DNA of 64,000 nt from Acidobacteriota bacterium. Its GTDB lineage: Bacteria > Acidobacteriota > UBA890 > WLXD01. The stretch's first letter is position 1. Each line of letters opens with the position of its first letter. The stretch covers positions 576,001-640,000 of the forward strand of contig CAXWPL010000004.1 in NCBI GenBank assembly GCA_963666215.2, in the 5' to 3' direction. The position numbers and the translations under genes were made by a program. Shown piece after piece: positions 9,925 through 20,313 of this stretch. The notes under the pieces are model-generated. The model did no database searches. It saw only the letters and a program-made list of their open reading frames with translations, and was not told where the DNA came from.

Positions 9925-10835
9925 TTAGTACCACCTTCTATCCCAGTAACACGGTGCTGACAAGAGGTTGTTGAGGCCGGCGAAGCGTAGCGTAGCCGGT
10001 TTCAACAACACCGCTTCCGGTGCCGGTGGTCGATAGCCCAGCGAGCTGTGCGGTCGTACGCGGTTGTACTGCTGGCGCCATCTCTCGATCAGAACCTTTG
10101 CCTCCTTCAGCGTGTAGAAGATCTCCCCGTTCAGCAGCTCGTCTCTGAGCTTGCCGTTGAAGCTCTCCACATAGCCGTTCTCCCATGGGGAGCCCGGCTC
10201 GATGAACAGCGTGCCGACGCCGAGCCGGCCCAGCCAGTCGCGAACCGCCTCGGCGGTGAATTCCGGTCCGTTATCTGACCTGATGTGCGCTGGAATACCT
10301 CGATGAACGAACAGTCGTCCTAGTCGGTGAAGTACGTCCTCGGAGTTGAGCTTCCGCGCCACGTCGATTGCAAGGCTCTCCCGTGTGTACTCGTCGACGA
10401 TCGTCAGCAGCCTCATAGCCCGACCGTCATGCGTCCGGTGGTGGACGAAGTCATACGCCCAGACATGATCCTTGTTCTCGGGGCGCAGTCGGATGCAGGA
10501 GCCATCGTTGAGCCACAGCCGTGCTCGCTCGGGCTGTTTCTTCGGTACTTTCAGCCCCTCGCGCCGCCAGATCCGTTGCACCCGCTTGTGGTTCACGAGC
10601 CAGCCCTCCATGCGCAGTAGCGCCGTCACTCGCCGATACCCATAGCGGCCATACTCTCGGGCTAGGTTCACGATCCTCTCCGTCAGCACCTGCTCGTCGT
10701 CCGGTTGCCGTGGCACGTACCGCTGCGTCGTGCGCGACTGTTTCAGCACCCGGCACGCTCGTCGCTCGGAAACGCCCAGCCTCCGCCGAACATGCTCAAC
10801 CGCATCTCGGCGACCTGCCGGGCTCAGAAGTTTCC
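9925..10835 (-). CDS. IS3 transposase OrfB (DDE), reached by -1 frameshift
   Basis: SERRACR, YGYRR, rve integrase core, [12 protein letters not shown]. Confidence 0.9.
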
Positions 10836-11102
10836 CTCCGCAACTTCCTTCAGGATCGAAAGATCCAGCTCCTTTTCCGCCACAATCTTCTTGAGCCGGA
10901 CGTTCTCCTTCTCGAGTTGCTTCAGCCGCCTGGCCTGGTCGACCCTCAGCCCCCCGTACTCGCGTCGCCACCGATAGTAGGTGTGCTCGGTGATTGCTAG
11001 CTTGCGGCAGGCATCCTTGACCGTCGCGCCTCGGGCCAGCTCCACCTCAGCCTCCCGTAGCTTCCGTACGATCTGCTCTGCGCTGTGCCTCTTCGCCGGC
11101 AT
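10824..11102 (-). CDS. IS3 transposase OrfA
   Basis: [19 protein letters not shown]...[14 protein letters not shown]. Confidence 0.9.
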   Translation of the reverse strand: MPAKRHSAEQIVRKLREAEVELARGATVKDACRKLAITEHTYYRWRREYGGLRVDQARRLKQLEKENVRLKKIVAEKELDLSILKEVAEGNF

Positions 11103-11168
11103 TCTGACCTCCCTTTTTCGACCCAGATCGTGAGATTACCTCTGGATCCGTTTTGGGGGGTCAGGTCA

Positions 11169-11471
11169 AATCACCGATCGCTTCAACTCGTCATCGTCCC
11201 CGGTAGCCGTGCGCTCAGCACTCGCGAGCGTCGCTTCGACCTCCCAGGCCGGCAGACCGGCATCGCGGGCAGCAGCATCGTTGGCAACCAGGATCAACGT
11301 CTCCGGATCGTTCATGAACGAATGAATGATCTTCCTACGCTCCTGTCGCTTCACCGATCCGTGGATTTCCACCACTGGCTCATCGCGCCCGAGACGCTTA
11401 CCTCTCGGCCTGGTGGCCGCGCTTCCCGAGGCGGACCGAATTGCCTTCGGGAGCCCGCCCGACGATGTCAT
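11169..11471 (-). pseudogene. SNF2-type helicase C-terminal fragment
   Basis: VVEIHGSVKRQERRKIIHSFMNDPETLILVANDAA resembles the helicase motif IV-V region; abuts the IS3 end. Confidence 0.5.
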
Positions 11472-12190
11472 ATGGGCGCGCCTCCACGGATGTCAATAAG
11501 GACCGATCCGGCGCAGCATTTCGCGCTCTCATTCCCTCGGGCAAACGCCACGCTTAGATGAGAGGGTTTTGGAGATCCAGAGAGCGACGCCGCACAATTA
11601 GCGGACAGTTGTGTGCAGGCGACGTGAACGCCGGGGAGTAGCCGGGTCACCGTCGAGACAACCTCTGGTCGGGGCAGGCTGTGCTTGGATCGATCGATCG
11701 AAAACACTACCGTGCTGGGCGAGAACAGCGAGCATATCTCTCTCGAGAACCCCTCCAGATCGGCCGCGCCCGATCGCCCTCCATGGTGGGGGAAGACCAA
11801 TACAGGCGCGGTCGTATCGTCAGCTCCGCCGCAGTCGTCGAGCAGGTTCGCTAGTCCGATCGCATCGAGATCACCGACAAGTATCACGACAGGTGTCGCG
11901 CCCTTCACGACGCGAATGACGGCACTGACCGAGTTCGCGGTGAGCTTTCGGCCTTCTCGGTCCACTCCACCCGGCCCCTTGGTTGCCAGGTAGGGTCTCG
12001 GCGCTAGTATCTGGATACTGAGATCGTCATGGTCGAATGAACCGGTGTCCTCTGTCGTTAGCGAGGGGAGGAGCTCAATTCCGCTGGTATCGAGCTCGAA
12101 GACTAGATCGTCCCAAGTCTTCGAGCCCTTCTGGGAATCTGAGTTTACCCGGACTCGCCCAATCCTGAATTGATTGGAACTTAGTATTCC
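11468..12190 (-). pseudogene. Metallo-beta-lactamase (ComEC/Rec2-like) fold hydrolase, 5'-truncated
   Basis: IQILAP, NSVSAV, LVGDL, FPHHGG and Cys-rich CTQLSANC...CCAG tail; the N-terminal HxxxDH motif is missing. Confidence 0.7.
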
Positions 12191-12269
12191 CGATTCTCGA
12201 GGACTCGTCGTCGATCATGGTCGTGGCGCTCCCACCTTCCCTATCACCTTCCCTGAGAGGGCAGAACGC

Positions 12270-12296
12270 CTGGTAAACCTAGTAAACCTGGTAAAG
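12270..12296. repeat. Direct repeats, candidate integrase arm-type sites left of the att core
   Basis: CTGGTAAAC-CTAGTAAAC-CTGGTAAAG, three 9-mers. Confidence 0.55.
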
Positions 12297-12374
12297 ACGT
12301 AAGCCGTTGATTCTACCGGTGTTTCGACTCAAACCCTTGCTGACAAGAGATCGGCAAAAAGTAGAGCCGCCGGA

Positions 12375-12413
12375 TTAGAAGGCCGCTGCTCTATCCAGCT
12401 GAGCTACGAGCGC
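12375..12413 (-). tRNA. 5' half of tRNA-Arg(TCT), a fragment forming an att core; not a complete tRNA
   Basis: GCGCTCG-TA-GCTC-AGCTGGATA-GAGC-A-GCGGC-CTTCTAA: acceptor 5' strand, D arm, anticodon 5' stem and 7-nt loop; no T arm follows. Confidence 0.85.
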
Positions 12414-12444
12414 GTGATCTATCTAGTCGTTTGTTTTCAACAAT

Positions 12445-13536
12445 TTAGGCCGATGCTGAGAACTCCGTGACACGTCCGGATCGGCCCGATTGTCCCTTTT
12501 TTGTCCCTGTCACGCCGGTCAACCGCCCGAGCGCGTTCCTCAGATCGGCCTCGTCGACGATGTCGTAACGGTCGAACACGGAGCGCGTCTTGTGACCAGT
12601 AATTGCCATTGCCGTCTTCTCCGGGACGCCGGCGCGGACCAGGTTGCGGACCGCCGTGCGGCGGAAATCATGCTGCAGCTTGCCCGGGCACCCAGCGGCG
12701 ATGCAAGCCGACGCCCATGCCTTGCAGAACCCCTTGATCGCCTCCCCTTCACGGTGGAACACATAGGGGCAGATTTCGCCCTCAGCCGCCAGCCGCTGAT
12801 GCTCCTGCCACTGGCGTTCGACCACGTCGACGAGCTCTGGAAGCAGATCGTATGGAAGCGTCCGACCGTCCGAGTTCTTAGTCGTGCCGGGCTCGAGCCG
12901 GACGGTCCTGGCCTCCCTGTCCACCTGCCTCCAAATCAGTGGCAGGATCTCGGAGGGGATCCGCCAGCCGGTTAGATAGCCAAACGTCACGATCCCCTGC
13001 AGCTTCTCAGGCAGCTTGTCCCGCACGTCCTCGAATTCCTCGCGCTCGAAGAAGCCGGTCCGCACGTTGTCTTCGTGGAGCATCGGAATGTGGGGCTGGT
13101 GCAGGAGCTTGCCGCCCTGGACGGCGAGCCGGAACGCTCGTTTGAGGACGGCCAGCTCGCGATTGACAGTGGCGTTCGCAGCGCCGGCTTCTTGGCGGCA
13201 AGCGGTGTAGGAGCGCACGTCAGCTGTCGTGATGGACGCCATCCGGTGCCCACCGAAGAACGGCGCCAGGTGGATCCGGATCCGACGGGCGACGTCGGGG
13301 AGCGATCGCTTGCCGTTCACCCGGTAGTCAGTGACGACGTCCGCCGCCGCCTCGTCGAATCCGAGGCGGCCGACCTTCGCGCTCACGGGGACGCCCTTCG
13401 CGATGTCGCCTTCCCGCAGCTTGAGCAGGCGCGTAGCGTCGCCCTTTCGCTCGCTGCCGGAGCTCTCCTCGTGGCGGCGGCCCGCGCGATAGTAGCGAAC
13501 CCACCAAATGTTCCCGCGCTTGCGCAACTGTCCCAT
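12445..13536 (-). CDS. int: Tyrosine recombinase/phage integrase
   Basis: TGWR, TKN, HDFRR, TGH, RY catalytic set; GGAGG RBS; start overlaps the upstream stop (TAATG). Confidence 0.92.
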   Translation of the reverse strand: MGQLRKRGNIWWVRYYRAGRRHEESSGSERKGDATRLLKLREGDIAKGVPVSAKVGRLGFDEAAADVVTDYRVNGKRSLPDVARRIRIHLAPFFGGHRMASITTADVRSYTACRQEAGAANATVNRELAVLKRAFRLAVQGGKLLHQPHIPMLHEDNVRTGFFEREEFEDVRDKLPEKLQGIVTFGYLTGWRIPSEILPLIWRQVDREARTVRLEPGTTKNSDGRTLPYDLLPELVDVVERQWQEHQRLAAEGEICPYVFHREGEAIKGFCKAWASACIAAGCPGKLQHDFRRTAVRNLVRAGVPEKTAMAITGHKTRSVFDRYDIVDEADLRNALGRLTGVTGTKKGQSGRSGRVTEFSASA

Positions 13537-14381
13537 TACTTGCCTCCCTCTTGTCGATCCCCTTCTGAAACTTCTTGCAGCAACTGTTTTCCATATGGCG
13601 TGAGTAGGCCGCCGGGCTTTCCGCGCTTTACGGGTTTCGTCAGGATTCCGAACTTGTACCGACACCTGTGCAGGGCGTCGCTCACCTGCGAGACCGAAAG
13701 CCCGAAAAGCTCTCCCACGTCGGCATTCGGAGAGCGACTACCTCCCTTGACACGCTGAACGTAGGCCTGGGCGATCTCGGCGTAGCGGCGATCAGGCCAA
13801 CCGCCGGACGCGCCGCGCGAGGGTGACACGGCATGCCTAGGGCTGAATCCAGCCGCCGCGAGCTCAAGCCCGCCGCCAGACACCAGCCTCGTCATGCCGT
13901 CCTCGTCGACGTGGCCGACGGCGAACTTATCGAAATCGCGCGCGTATTGCTGGACTACTCGAAACGGCACCGCTCGAAGAAGTTGGGCGGAAACCCCTTG
14001 TCCAATCGATGGGAACCGGGTGTCTTCGGAAGCCTCCCGATCCTCCCGCCTCCAAAGTCTGTCGAGGCCTCGCGAAAGTACCCCGAGGACGTGCGCGCGC
14101 CAGCGGCCCGGCTTGCGACCGGGCCAGTGATCGGCCGGAAAGATCCGAACTTCCGCAACGACCGGCTGCCCGGCGTAGGGGACCAAGCGGAACGCGGCGC
14201 ACCAGTCCTCGTCGATCTCGACCTCCAGCCAGGCGTCTGTGACGCGAGTGAGTCGACGACTTCCGTATCGGGCCGTTTTTGGCCGCGTCCAATCACCAAA
14301 CAGCCGCTCCTCCTCGTCGGAAAGGGTGCGGCGTTTCTCGGTAACGGAGAATCTGCTCTTCGGTGCTTTCTCTGTCGGCAT
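13536..14381 (-). CDS. Mobile-element regulator-like protein with C-terminal HTH (DUF6214-like)
   Basis: GQPVVAEVRIFP, GVSAQLLRAVP, YAEIAQAY...PNADVGELFGLSVSQVSDALHRCR; coupled to the integrase. Confidence 0.55.
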   Translation of the reverse strand: MPTEKAPKSRFSVTEKRRTLSDEEERLFGDWTRPKTARYGSRRLTRVTDAWLEVEIDEDWCAAFRLVPYAGQPVVAEVRIFPADHWPGRKPGRWRAHVLGVLSRGLDRLWRREDREASEDTRFPSIGQGVSAQLLRAVPFRVVQQYARDFDKFAVGHVDEDGMTRLVSGGGLELAAAGFSPRHAVSPSRGASGGWPDRRYAEIAQAYVQRVKGGSRSPNADVGELFGLSVSQVSDALHRCRYKFGILTKPVKRGKPGGLLTPYGKQLLQEVSEGDRQEGGK

Positions 14382-14505
14382 GCCCTCAATGTGCCATATC
14401 TGTGACACGTCGTCAATACTCTGCTTACTAACGTCGTTCGGTGCAGAAGAAGCTGCCTGCCGATACTGGAGCAGAGGTGCCACTAGTGTGCATAGTAACG
14501 TCGAG

Positions 14506-14739
14506 ATGGACACACACGAGATCATCGAACGCGGTCAAGCTCGTCGCCGGCTTCGCTCCGAGCCAAGTTTCGCGCGGCTCGTGCGCGAGCGCTCTGGCCT
14601 GACACAGTCCGAGCTGGCCCAGTTGGTCGGGGTTGATCGGTCCGCCGTCTCCCGTTGGGAAACAGGACGACGGATCCCGGGCCCGCGGGTCATCGACCGC
14701 TACGCTGAAATTCTGAAGCGCTTGGAGATTCAAGCGTGA
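14506..14739 (+). CDS. XRE/Cro-family HTH regulator
   Basis: RERSGLTQSELAQLVGVDRSAVSRWETGRRIP. Confidence 0.85.
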   Translation: MDTHEIIERGQARRRLRSEPSFARLVRERSGLTQSELAQLVGVDRSAVSRWETGRRIPGPRVIDRYAEILKRLEIQA

Positions 14740-14939
14740 AGGCAGGCGCGCAGCTCACCAAACGCGGCGTACCGCGCCTCCTCAGCGTCGGCGCTATCTC
14801 CGAGGCGACCTCTGTCCCAGCGTCGACCTGGTACACGATAATCGCCCGGGGCGAACTACCCGCGGTAAAGATCGGGCGCGCGGTGAGGGTGAAGCCCCGG
14901 CCACCCGAAGGCGACCGGGGCCAGGTCAAGTCCGACTAG
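14736..14939 (+). CDS. Excisionase-like HTH_17 protein (C-terminus possibly truncated)
   Basis: LLSVGAISEATSVPASTWYTIIARGELPAVKIGRAVRV; 4-bp overlap with the XRE gene. Confidence 0.75.
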   Translation: MKAGAQLTKRGVPRLLSVGAISEATSVPASTWYTIIARGELPAVKIGRAVRVKPRPPEGDRGQVKSD

Positions 14940-16225
14940 ATGACCGGCAGCTTGGCCTGAGCCATCAGGTCGCGAACCTGCACCGCGCGGAACAGGTTTG
15001 CCCAATGACCACGGCTCTTGCCAATCGCGTTCGGGTTGCGGCCGAGATCCTGACTGGTTTGCTGCGTTGCCGTCATCAACTCCGCGGCAGTCGACTCCCA
15101 CAGCCTTAGCACGTCAACGAAGGCTTTGCGCCAACGAATCTGACCGTCACACTCCTCGACCATCCAGCGGAACGCGGCCAGCATCGGGTACAGCGCCCCG
15201 TTCATCAGGCGGAACTTACTCGTCTTACCCGTGAACACGAACTCGTATTGCTTGTATGCCTTCGGCGACTTGGACTGAATGAATTTCATCCCGCCCGCCT
15301 TACCTTTGGTGGCGCGGTTGTATTTCTCGCGAGCGTCACGCCGAATTGTGTCGTGCAGGGTCAGGATGTCCTTCACGATCGGCTTCAGCTTCTCGAACGT
15401 CTCCGGGCGATCCTTGAACAGATCGAGCGCCACCTTCTTTTTCTCGTACGCCATGATCGGGTGCATGTCCTCAGAGACCGGGAACAGGTCAATGTTGAAG
15501 CACAGCAGCAAGCTGACCAGTTCCCGGGCGTCGATGACGCCATCTTCACCCTCGCGCCACGCAATACGCTTGTAGTATGGCTCGTCACGTAACAGGTCCT
15601 TCAGCCACTGGAAGCTTCCAGCGAGGTTCTCCAGCGACATGTCCTGTACCTGCACCGACGTGTTCAATCCCGCCGACAGATCCACGACCCACGCCTGAGG
15701 AACTCCCGTCAGGATCTCGACTTTCACGTACTGGTCCCGGTCGGCGTCACCGTCTGCTTCAGCCGCCTCCCGAGCCTCCACGATCGCGTCGCGGTTGTCC
15801 ATCAGAAGCTGGTACGTGTGACCACCGTCGAGGATCCCGTGGCCCTCCCCGAATTTCACCTTCCAGTCACCTTCGGCATCGCCCTTGTTCACCGAGCGAG
15901 CCACCAGCACGATCCCCTTGTGCTTCAGGTGGAAGGTGTTTGGAACGGTCTCGTCATCGTTGAGAAGACTCCGAAGAATCCCCCTGTAGACCAGCTTGTT
16001 GACCTTCGGCAAGCGAGCGTTCGGGTCCAGTGAAAGACCCTCGGGCAGGTCGAGCGCACGCACGAACAGGATGTGCCTCTCGATCTTCGGGACGCCAGTA
16101 CCACCGTTGAAGTTGGGGTCGGCGAAGCGCCGCGAAAGCGACGACTTGAAAACGTGCGTATCCATCAACTTACTCCCTGCAGGTGAGCGCATGCGCCCCC
16201 CGATTGCGGACGTGCTCGAATCCAC
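14936..16225 (-). CDS. AIPR-family (abortive infection phage resistance) protein; start may be 16165 or 16192
   Basis: NARLPK, FHLKHKGI, GILDGGHT, VKVEILTG, GLNTSVQV. Confidence 0.8.
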   Translation of the reverse strand: MDSSTSAIGGRMRSPAGSKLMDTHVFKSSLSRRFADPNFNGGTGVPKIERHILFVRALDLPEGLSLDPNARLPKVNKLVYRGILRSLLNDDETVPNTFHLKHKGIVLVARSVNKGDAEGDWKVKFGEGHGILDGGHTYQLLMDNRDAIVEAREAAEADGDADRDQYVKVEILTGVPQAWVVDLSAGLNTSVQVQDMSLENLAGSFQWLKDLLRDEPYYKRIAWREGEDGVIDARELVSLLLCFNIDLFPVSEDMHPIMAYEKKKVALDLFKDRPETFEKLKPIVKDILTLHDTIRRDAREKYNRATKGKAGGMKFIQSKSPKAYKQYEFVFTGKTSKFRLMNGALYPMLAAFRWMVEECDGQIRWRKAFVDVLRLWESTAAELMTATQQTSQDLGRNPNAIGKSRGHWANLFRAVQVRDLMAQAKLPVI

Positions 16226-16512
16226 GAGCCGTCCTGTTTGGGGTATACGCGGCTATTGTACCACCGCCACTGGCACCCACCCCACACCGGGCCTCAACAG
16301 TTACCCCGCAAACGTGGAGTAGATTCTATGGGCGTCGGCCCGGGACGCCAAGGTTACGTCCCCTACAGGGCTCCACCGTTTCAGGCGAGCCATCTCCCGC
16401 GGGAGGCGCGCGAACGATCACGCGTAATTTCGCGGCCGCCGGTGCCTGTCAACGCGGATGAGACGGTGGTCACGAGTAATTAGTGAGCATTCTCGAGGGT
16501 GGCAGGCTTGTT

Positions 16513-16952
16513 TGACCCAAACCCCGAAAACGGGGCCAGGTTGATCTTTAGGAAATCGGTGTACCGTCGTCCTCCAAGCAGGAGGACAGATGAAGCGCAA
16601 GAGGTACACAGACGAGCAGATCGCCTACGCGCTGCGGCAGGCAGAGGCCGGCACACCGATCAAGGAGGTGTGCCGCAAGCTGGGCGTCAGCGAGCAGACG
16701 TTCTACACATGGCGCCGCAAGTTCGCCGGGATGGGTGTGGCCGAACTGCGGGAGTTACGGCAGCTGCGCCATGAGAACGGGAAGTTGAAGCAGCTGGTGG
16801 CAGATCTGAGCCTGGACAAGCACATGCTCCAGGAGGTGCTGTCAAAAAAGGTCTGAAGCCGGCGCGCAAGCGCAAGGTGGTGCGGTACCTGCAGGAGGGG
16901 TTCCGCATCAGTGAGCGTCGAGCGTGTCGGCTGACGCAGTTCTCGCGTTCAC
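16513..16952 (+). mobile_element. Truncated IS3-family element (left end, orfA 16590..16856, start of orfB)
   Basis: TGACCCAAACCCCGAAAACGGGG end; MKRKRYTDEQIAYALRQAEAG; A6G slip site; LKPARKRKVVRYLQEGFRISERRACRL, then homology is lost. Confidence 0.85.
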
Positions 16953-17201
16953 GGCCCGGGATTACCGCTGGATCGGCTCGTTAACCATCGTCCGTGACAA
17001 TCAAACCTATGGTTTGACTTGGCGCGGCCAGCCCGCCAATTCGGATCGAGGTGCGATGCAGACGTTCCACGGAATCGGGATCCGAGACGACGATCGACTC
17101 GCTGCGAACTATTGGGCTGCGTGACCGCCGGTCGTGTGGTGGGGAGAGCGACCGGACTGGCGGCCTGGGCCTGAATGCCAGCAGCACAGCAGAGGTGTCC
17201 C

Positions 17202-17414
17202 TCAGAGGCGGTCTTTCGAATAGAGGGCGATGATCGCGCCGATCACGATCAGCGCGATGCCCCAGACGATCTCGGGCGAGTGCGGGAAGAAGGTCGACAG
17301 AATCATCGTGCCGCCGAGTAGAACCGTAGCGATGCCGCAAAGCACGCCGCCGAATGGCCAGCACGTATAGAAGACGCGCTTGTCTTGATCGTGGCTCTCG
17401 TTGTTCATCGACAT
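17202..17414 (-). CDS. Small 2-TM membrane protein
   Basis: Two hydrophobic segments in 70 aa. Confidence 0.5.
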   Translation of the reverse strand: MSMNNESHDQDKRVFYTCWPFGGVLCGIATVLLGGTMILSTFFPHSPEIVWGIALIVIGAIIALYSKDRL

Positions 17415-17533
17415 AACTACTACTCGTGTAGGATTTTAGGGTTGGAAGAACGGCTCTTCAGCCGGAGAAAACGGCTACCGCCAGGACCATCCACAACATC
17501 GCGAAGTAAGGCAGCTGCGCCGACAGCGACCGG

Positions 17534-18942
17534 GGGGATGTCCCACCGTCCGTTGAACTAAGGCGACGGTGAAGTGGTTGGGGATTGTTACGCAGTACGG
17601 CGCTCCTGCTCAAGGGGAACGTCGACGGCGGTGTTGAGTGCGGCATCGAGCTTGGCGATGTCGCGGTAGCCACGAACCCTCCGGAACTTGCTCTCGGCCT
17701 CGATGAGTGCAGTAACCGCCCATCGAACGATCATGCTCCCGGAGCGCCACCGCTTTACGTTGCGGCTGACGTGTTTGATCGTCCCGTTCAGGTTCTCGAT
17801 CGTATTCGTTGAACGTAACGTCCGAAGCAGCGGCCCCTGAACTCGGAGCCGAGTGACGGTGAGCGTCTCTTGCATTCCTTCTCTGAGCGAGGCCGCTGCA
17901 CCGGGGTGATCGGTCTCCAGCTCCTTGACCACGGCGTCGAGCTGCTTGGTCGCTGCCGTGGCCGTCTCCGCCTTCCACGCCTTGCGGATCTTGGCTGCGA
18001 ACCAGGGCCGGATATGCCCTGGCAGATGCTCCAATACATTCTTGATCTTGTGGACACGGCAGCGCTGGATCAGGGCCCACTCGCCGAACGTGTCGCGCAC
18101 TGCTTTACGGAGGCCCTTGGAGCCATCGATTACCACCAACCGCGCCCGTTCGACGGGCATGCCGCGCTCGATCAACTGCCGCAGCAGCGACCGGCACACG
18201 TGGGAGCTCTCCGTGGTGCCCTCTACGACACCCAGCACATGCTTGACGCCGTCCGCGTCGATGCCCATGGCGATCACCAACAAGTGCTTGCCCATGTGCG
18301 TGCCGTCGATCACCAGCACCGGCAGGTCCACTTCATTGAGCGGTTGGGCCAGGTACTGCTGCACCTGCTTGGCTGTACGCGCTACGAACCGCCGCGACAC
18401 ACTCGAGCGACTCGTTCCCGACGAAGCTCGCCCGTCGTCGAGCCGCTCTAACGAGCGCTCGTACTTGCGCGTCGTGACGCCGCACAGGATCTGCTCTACG
18501 GCGCGCTCTTCGAGCGGATCTGTTGCCTTGAACCTCTCCCAGTGCGGCAGCGGCAGCTCTTGGCCATCGACGCTCCGAGCCCGCGGCTTGCGTACCTTGA
18601 CCCGCCGGCCGCCCATCACCAGCGAGCCCTCGTCGTAGCCGTGTCGGTACGCCCGCCGCTGCTGTGACCGCGCGTAGCGCTCTCCGCAGAGCTCCGCCCG
18701 GTCTTCTTCCAGCAGCGAACCCAACACCCCGAAGCCCGCGTCCATGACCAGCGCTCGTAGATCCGATCGCGCCGCTACCACTGCCTCCAGGAGCGGGTTC
18801 TCTTGGCGCTCCGCTTTCCTACTTGTCTCTGTTCTGCGACTCTTGCTCATGACGGTGATCCTCCATGCCAGTGGATTGACCCCGACACACTATCGAGGTC
18901 GGATCACCGTCACCCTTTTTCAACGGAGCCTGTGACATCCCC
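17534..18942 (-). mobile_element. IS256-family insertion sequence, intact (transposase 17588..18850)
   Basis: IRs GGGGATGTCCCACCGTCCGTTGAA / TTCAACGGAGCCTGTGACATCCCC; 8-bp TSD GCGACCGG at 17526-17533 and 18943-18950; IDG, IDGSKGL, QRCRVHK, STNTIENLN. Confidence 0.93.
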
Positions 18943-19148
18943 GCGACCGGCGATTCTCGGGCGCCTCGAGCAGACGCTCGACTTTCTTCCCATCGGATGA
19001 TCCTCGCGCTCGGGCGCACGTGATCTACAACGCTCGGTTCGACGGCCAGGAAAGGCTCTTTGCTCGAATCCCCTGGAGAACCCGCGGGGCGGAGTGTAAT
19101 ACCGTCGGACGCCGAACCTGGCCGCGACGACGTAGGAGACTCCACCGC

Positions 19149-20313
19149 ATGCGAACGCAAATACGCCAGCACCTCAGCGCGGTAGCAGCAAAGACGTTGC
19201 TGGCGGTCTTCCTCACGAGCCTGACGAGCTGCGCGATGCCTACCAAGCCTGCTCCGACGACGGACGAAATCGCCACCGCCTACGTCAAGCTCGTCCTCGC
19301 TCTCGGGCAGCACGACGCCGATTACGTCGACGCCTACTACGGCCCCGCCGACTGGCGCCAGCAAGCCGAGAGCTCTGATCGCGATCTGGGGAGCATCGCC
19401 GCCGAGGCCGATGAGCTCAGCACGGCCGTCGATAACTCGGCGATCAACGACCTCGACGAAATGGAGCTGCTCCGTATCGTGTACCTGGACAAGCAGATCG
19501 CCTCGCTCGCGGCTCGGGTGGCGATGCTGCGCGGCGACCGCTACAGCTTCGACGAGGAGTCGAGCGCCCTCTACGACGCGATCTCGCCGCGCAACAACGA
19601 GGCTCACTTCGCCGAGCTCATCGAACAGCTCGAAGCGCTGTTGCCCGGCGACGGCTCGGTGGCCGAACGCTACAACGCCTTCCGCAGCGACTTCGTGGTT
19701 CCGCCCGAGCAGCTCGACGCCGTGTTCAGAGCCGCCGTCGACGAGGCGCGCACGCGCACGCGAGCACAGCTCGAGCTCCCCGAGGACGAGAGCTTCACCA
19801 TCGAGTACGTCACCGACAAGTCGTGGAGCGGCTACAACTGGTACCAGGGCCGCTACCGGAGCCTCATTCAGGTGAACACCGATCTGCCGATCTTCATCGA
19901 CAGAGCTGTCGATCTGGCGGCACATGAAGGATATCCAGGCCACCACGTCTACAACGTGCTGCTCGAACAGCACCTCTCCAACGAGCGCGGCTTGGTGGAG
20001 TTCACGGTCTACCCGCTGTTTTCGCCGCAGTCGTTCATTGCCGAAGGCAGCGCGCGAATACCTCAACGGCAACACCGACGCGGCGGCTGCCGCCGACTGG
20101 CTGCAAAGCTACGGGTTGATGACACCCGCCAGCGCCGAGCAACGCATGCGCTTCATCGACCAGTACCGCGCCTACGTCATCAACTACAACCTCGGCCGCG
20201 ACATGGTGGCCGGCCACGTTGAGTTTGGCGGCATCGACGCCGCCCAACGGTGGGAGCGCTTCAAGGAACTGCTGGCGTCACCGAGGCTGCCTTCCGGACT
20301 GGAGGAGTTCTGA
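19149..20313 (+). pseudogene. DUF885-like zinc metallopeptidase lipoprotein with frameshift/internal deletion near 20050
   Basis: LTSC lipobox, WSGYNWYQG, HEGYPGHH; the C-terminus AREYLNG...YRAYVINYNLG is in another frame. Confidence 0.7.

Larger units (their letters stand above)
9909..11168 (-). mobile_element. IS3-family (IS407-like) insertion sequence, apparently intact, 1260 bp
   Basis: Ends TGACCTGACCCC / TGACCAGACCCC; orfA 10824..11102; orfB DDE ([21 protein letters not shown]); GGGAAAC frameshift motif; no matching TSD. Confidence 0.92.

Noticed and set aside
12340-12413. Complete tRNA-Arg gene
   Set aside because: Sequence diverges right after the anticodon loop; no T arm or acceptor 3' strand.
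13537-13665. Extended N-terminus of the integrase ORF as given in the ORF track
   Set aside because: It overlaps the upstream gene; the ATG at 13536 has a GGAGG RBS and TAATG coupling.
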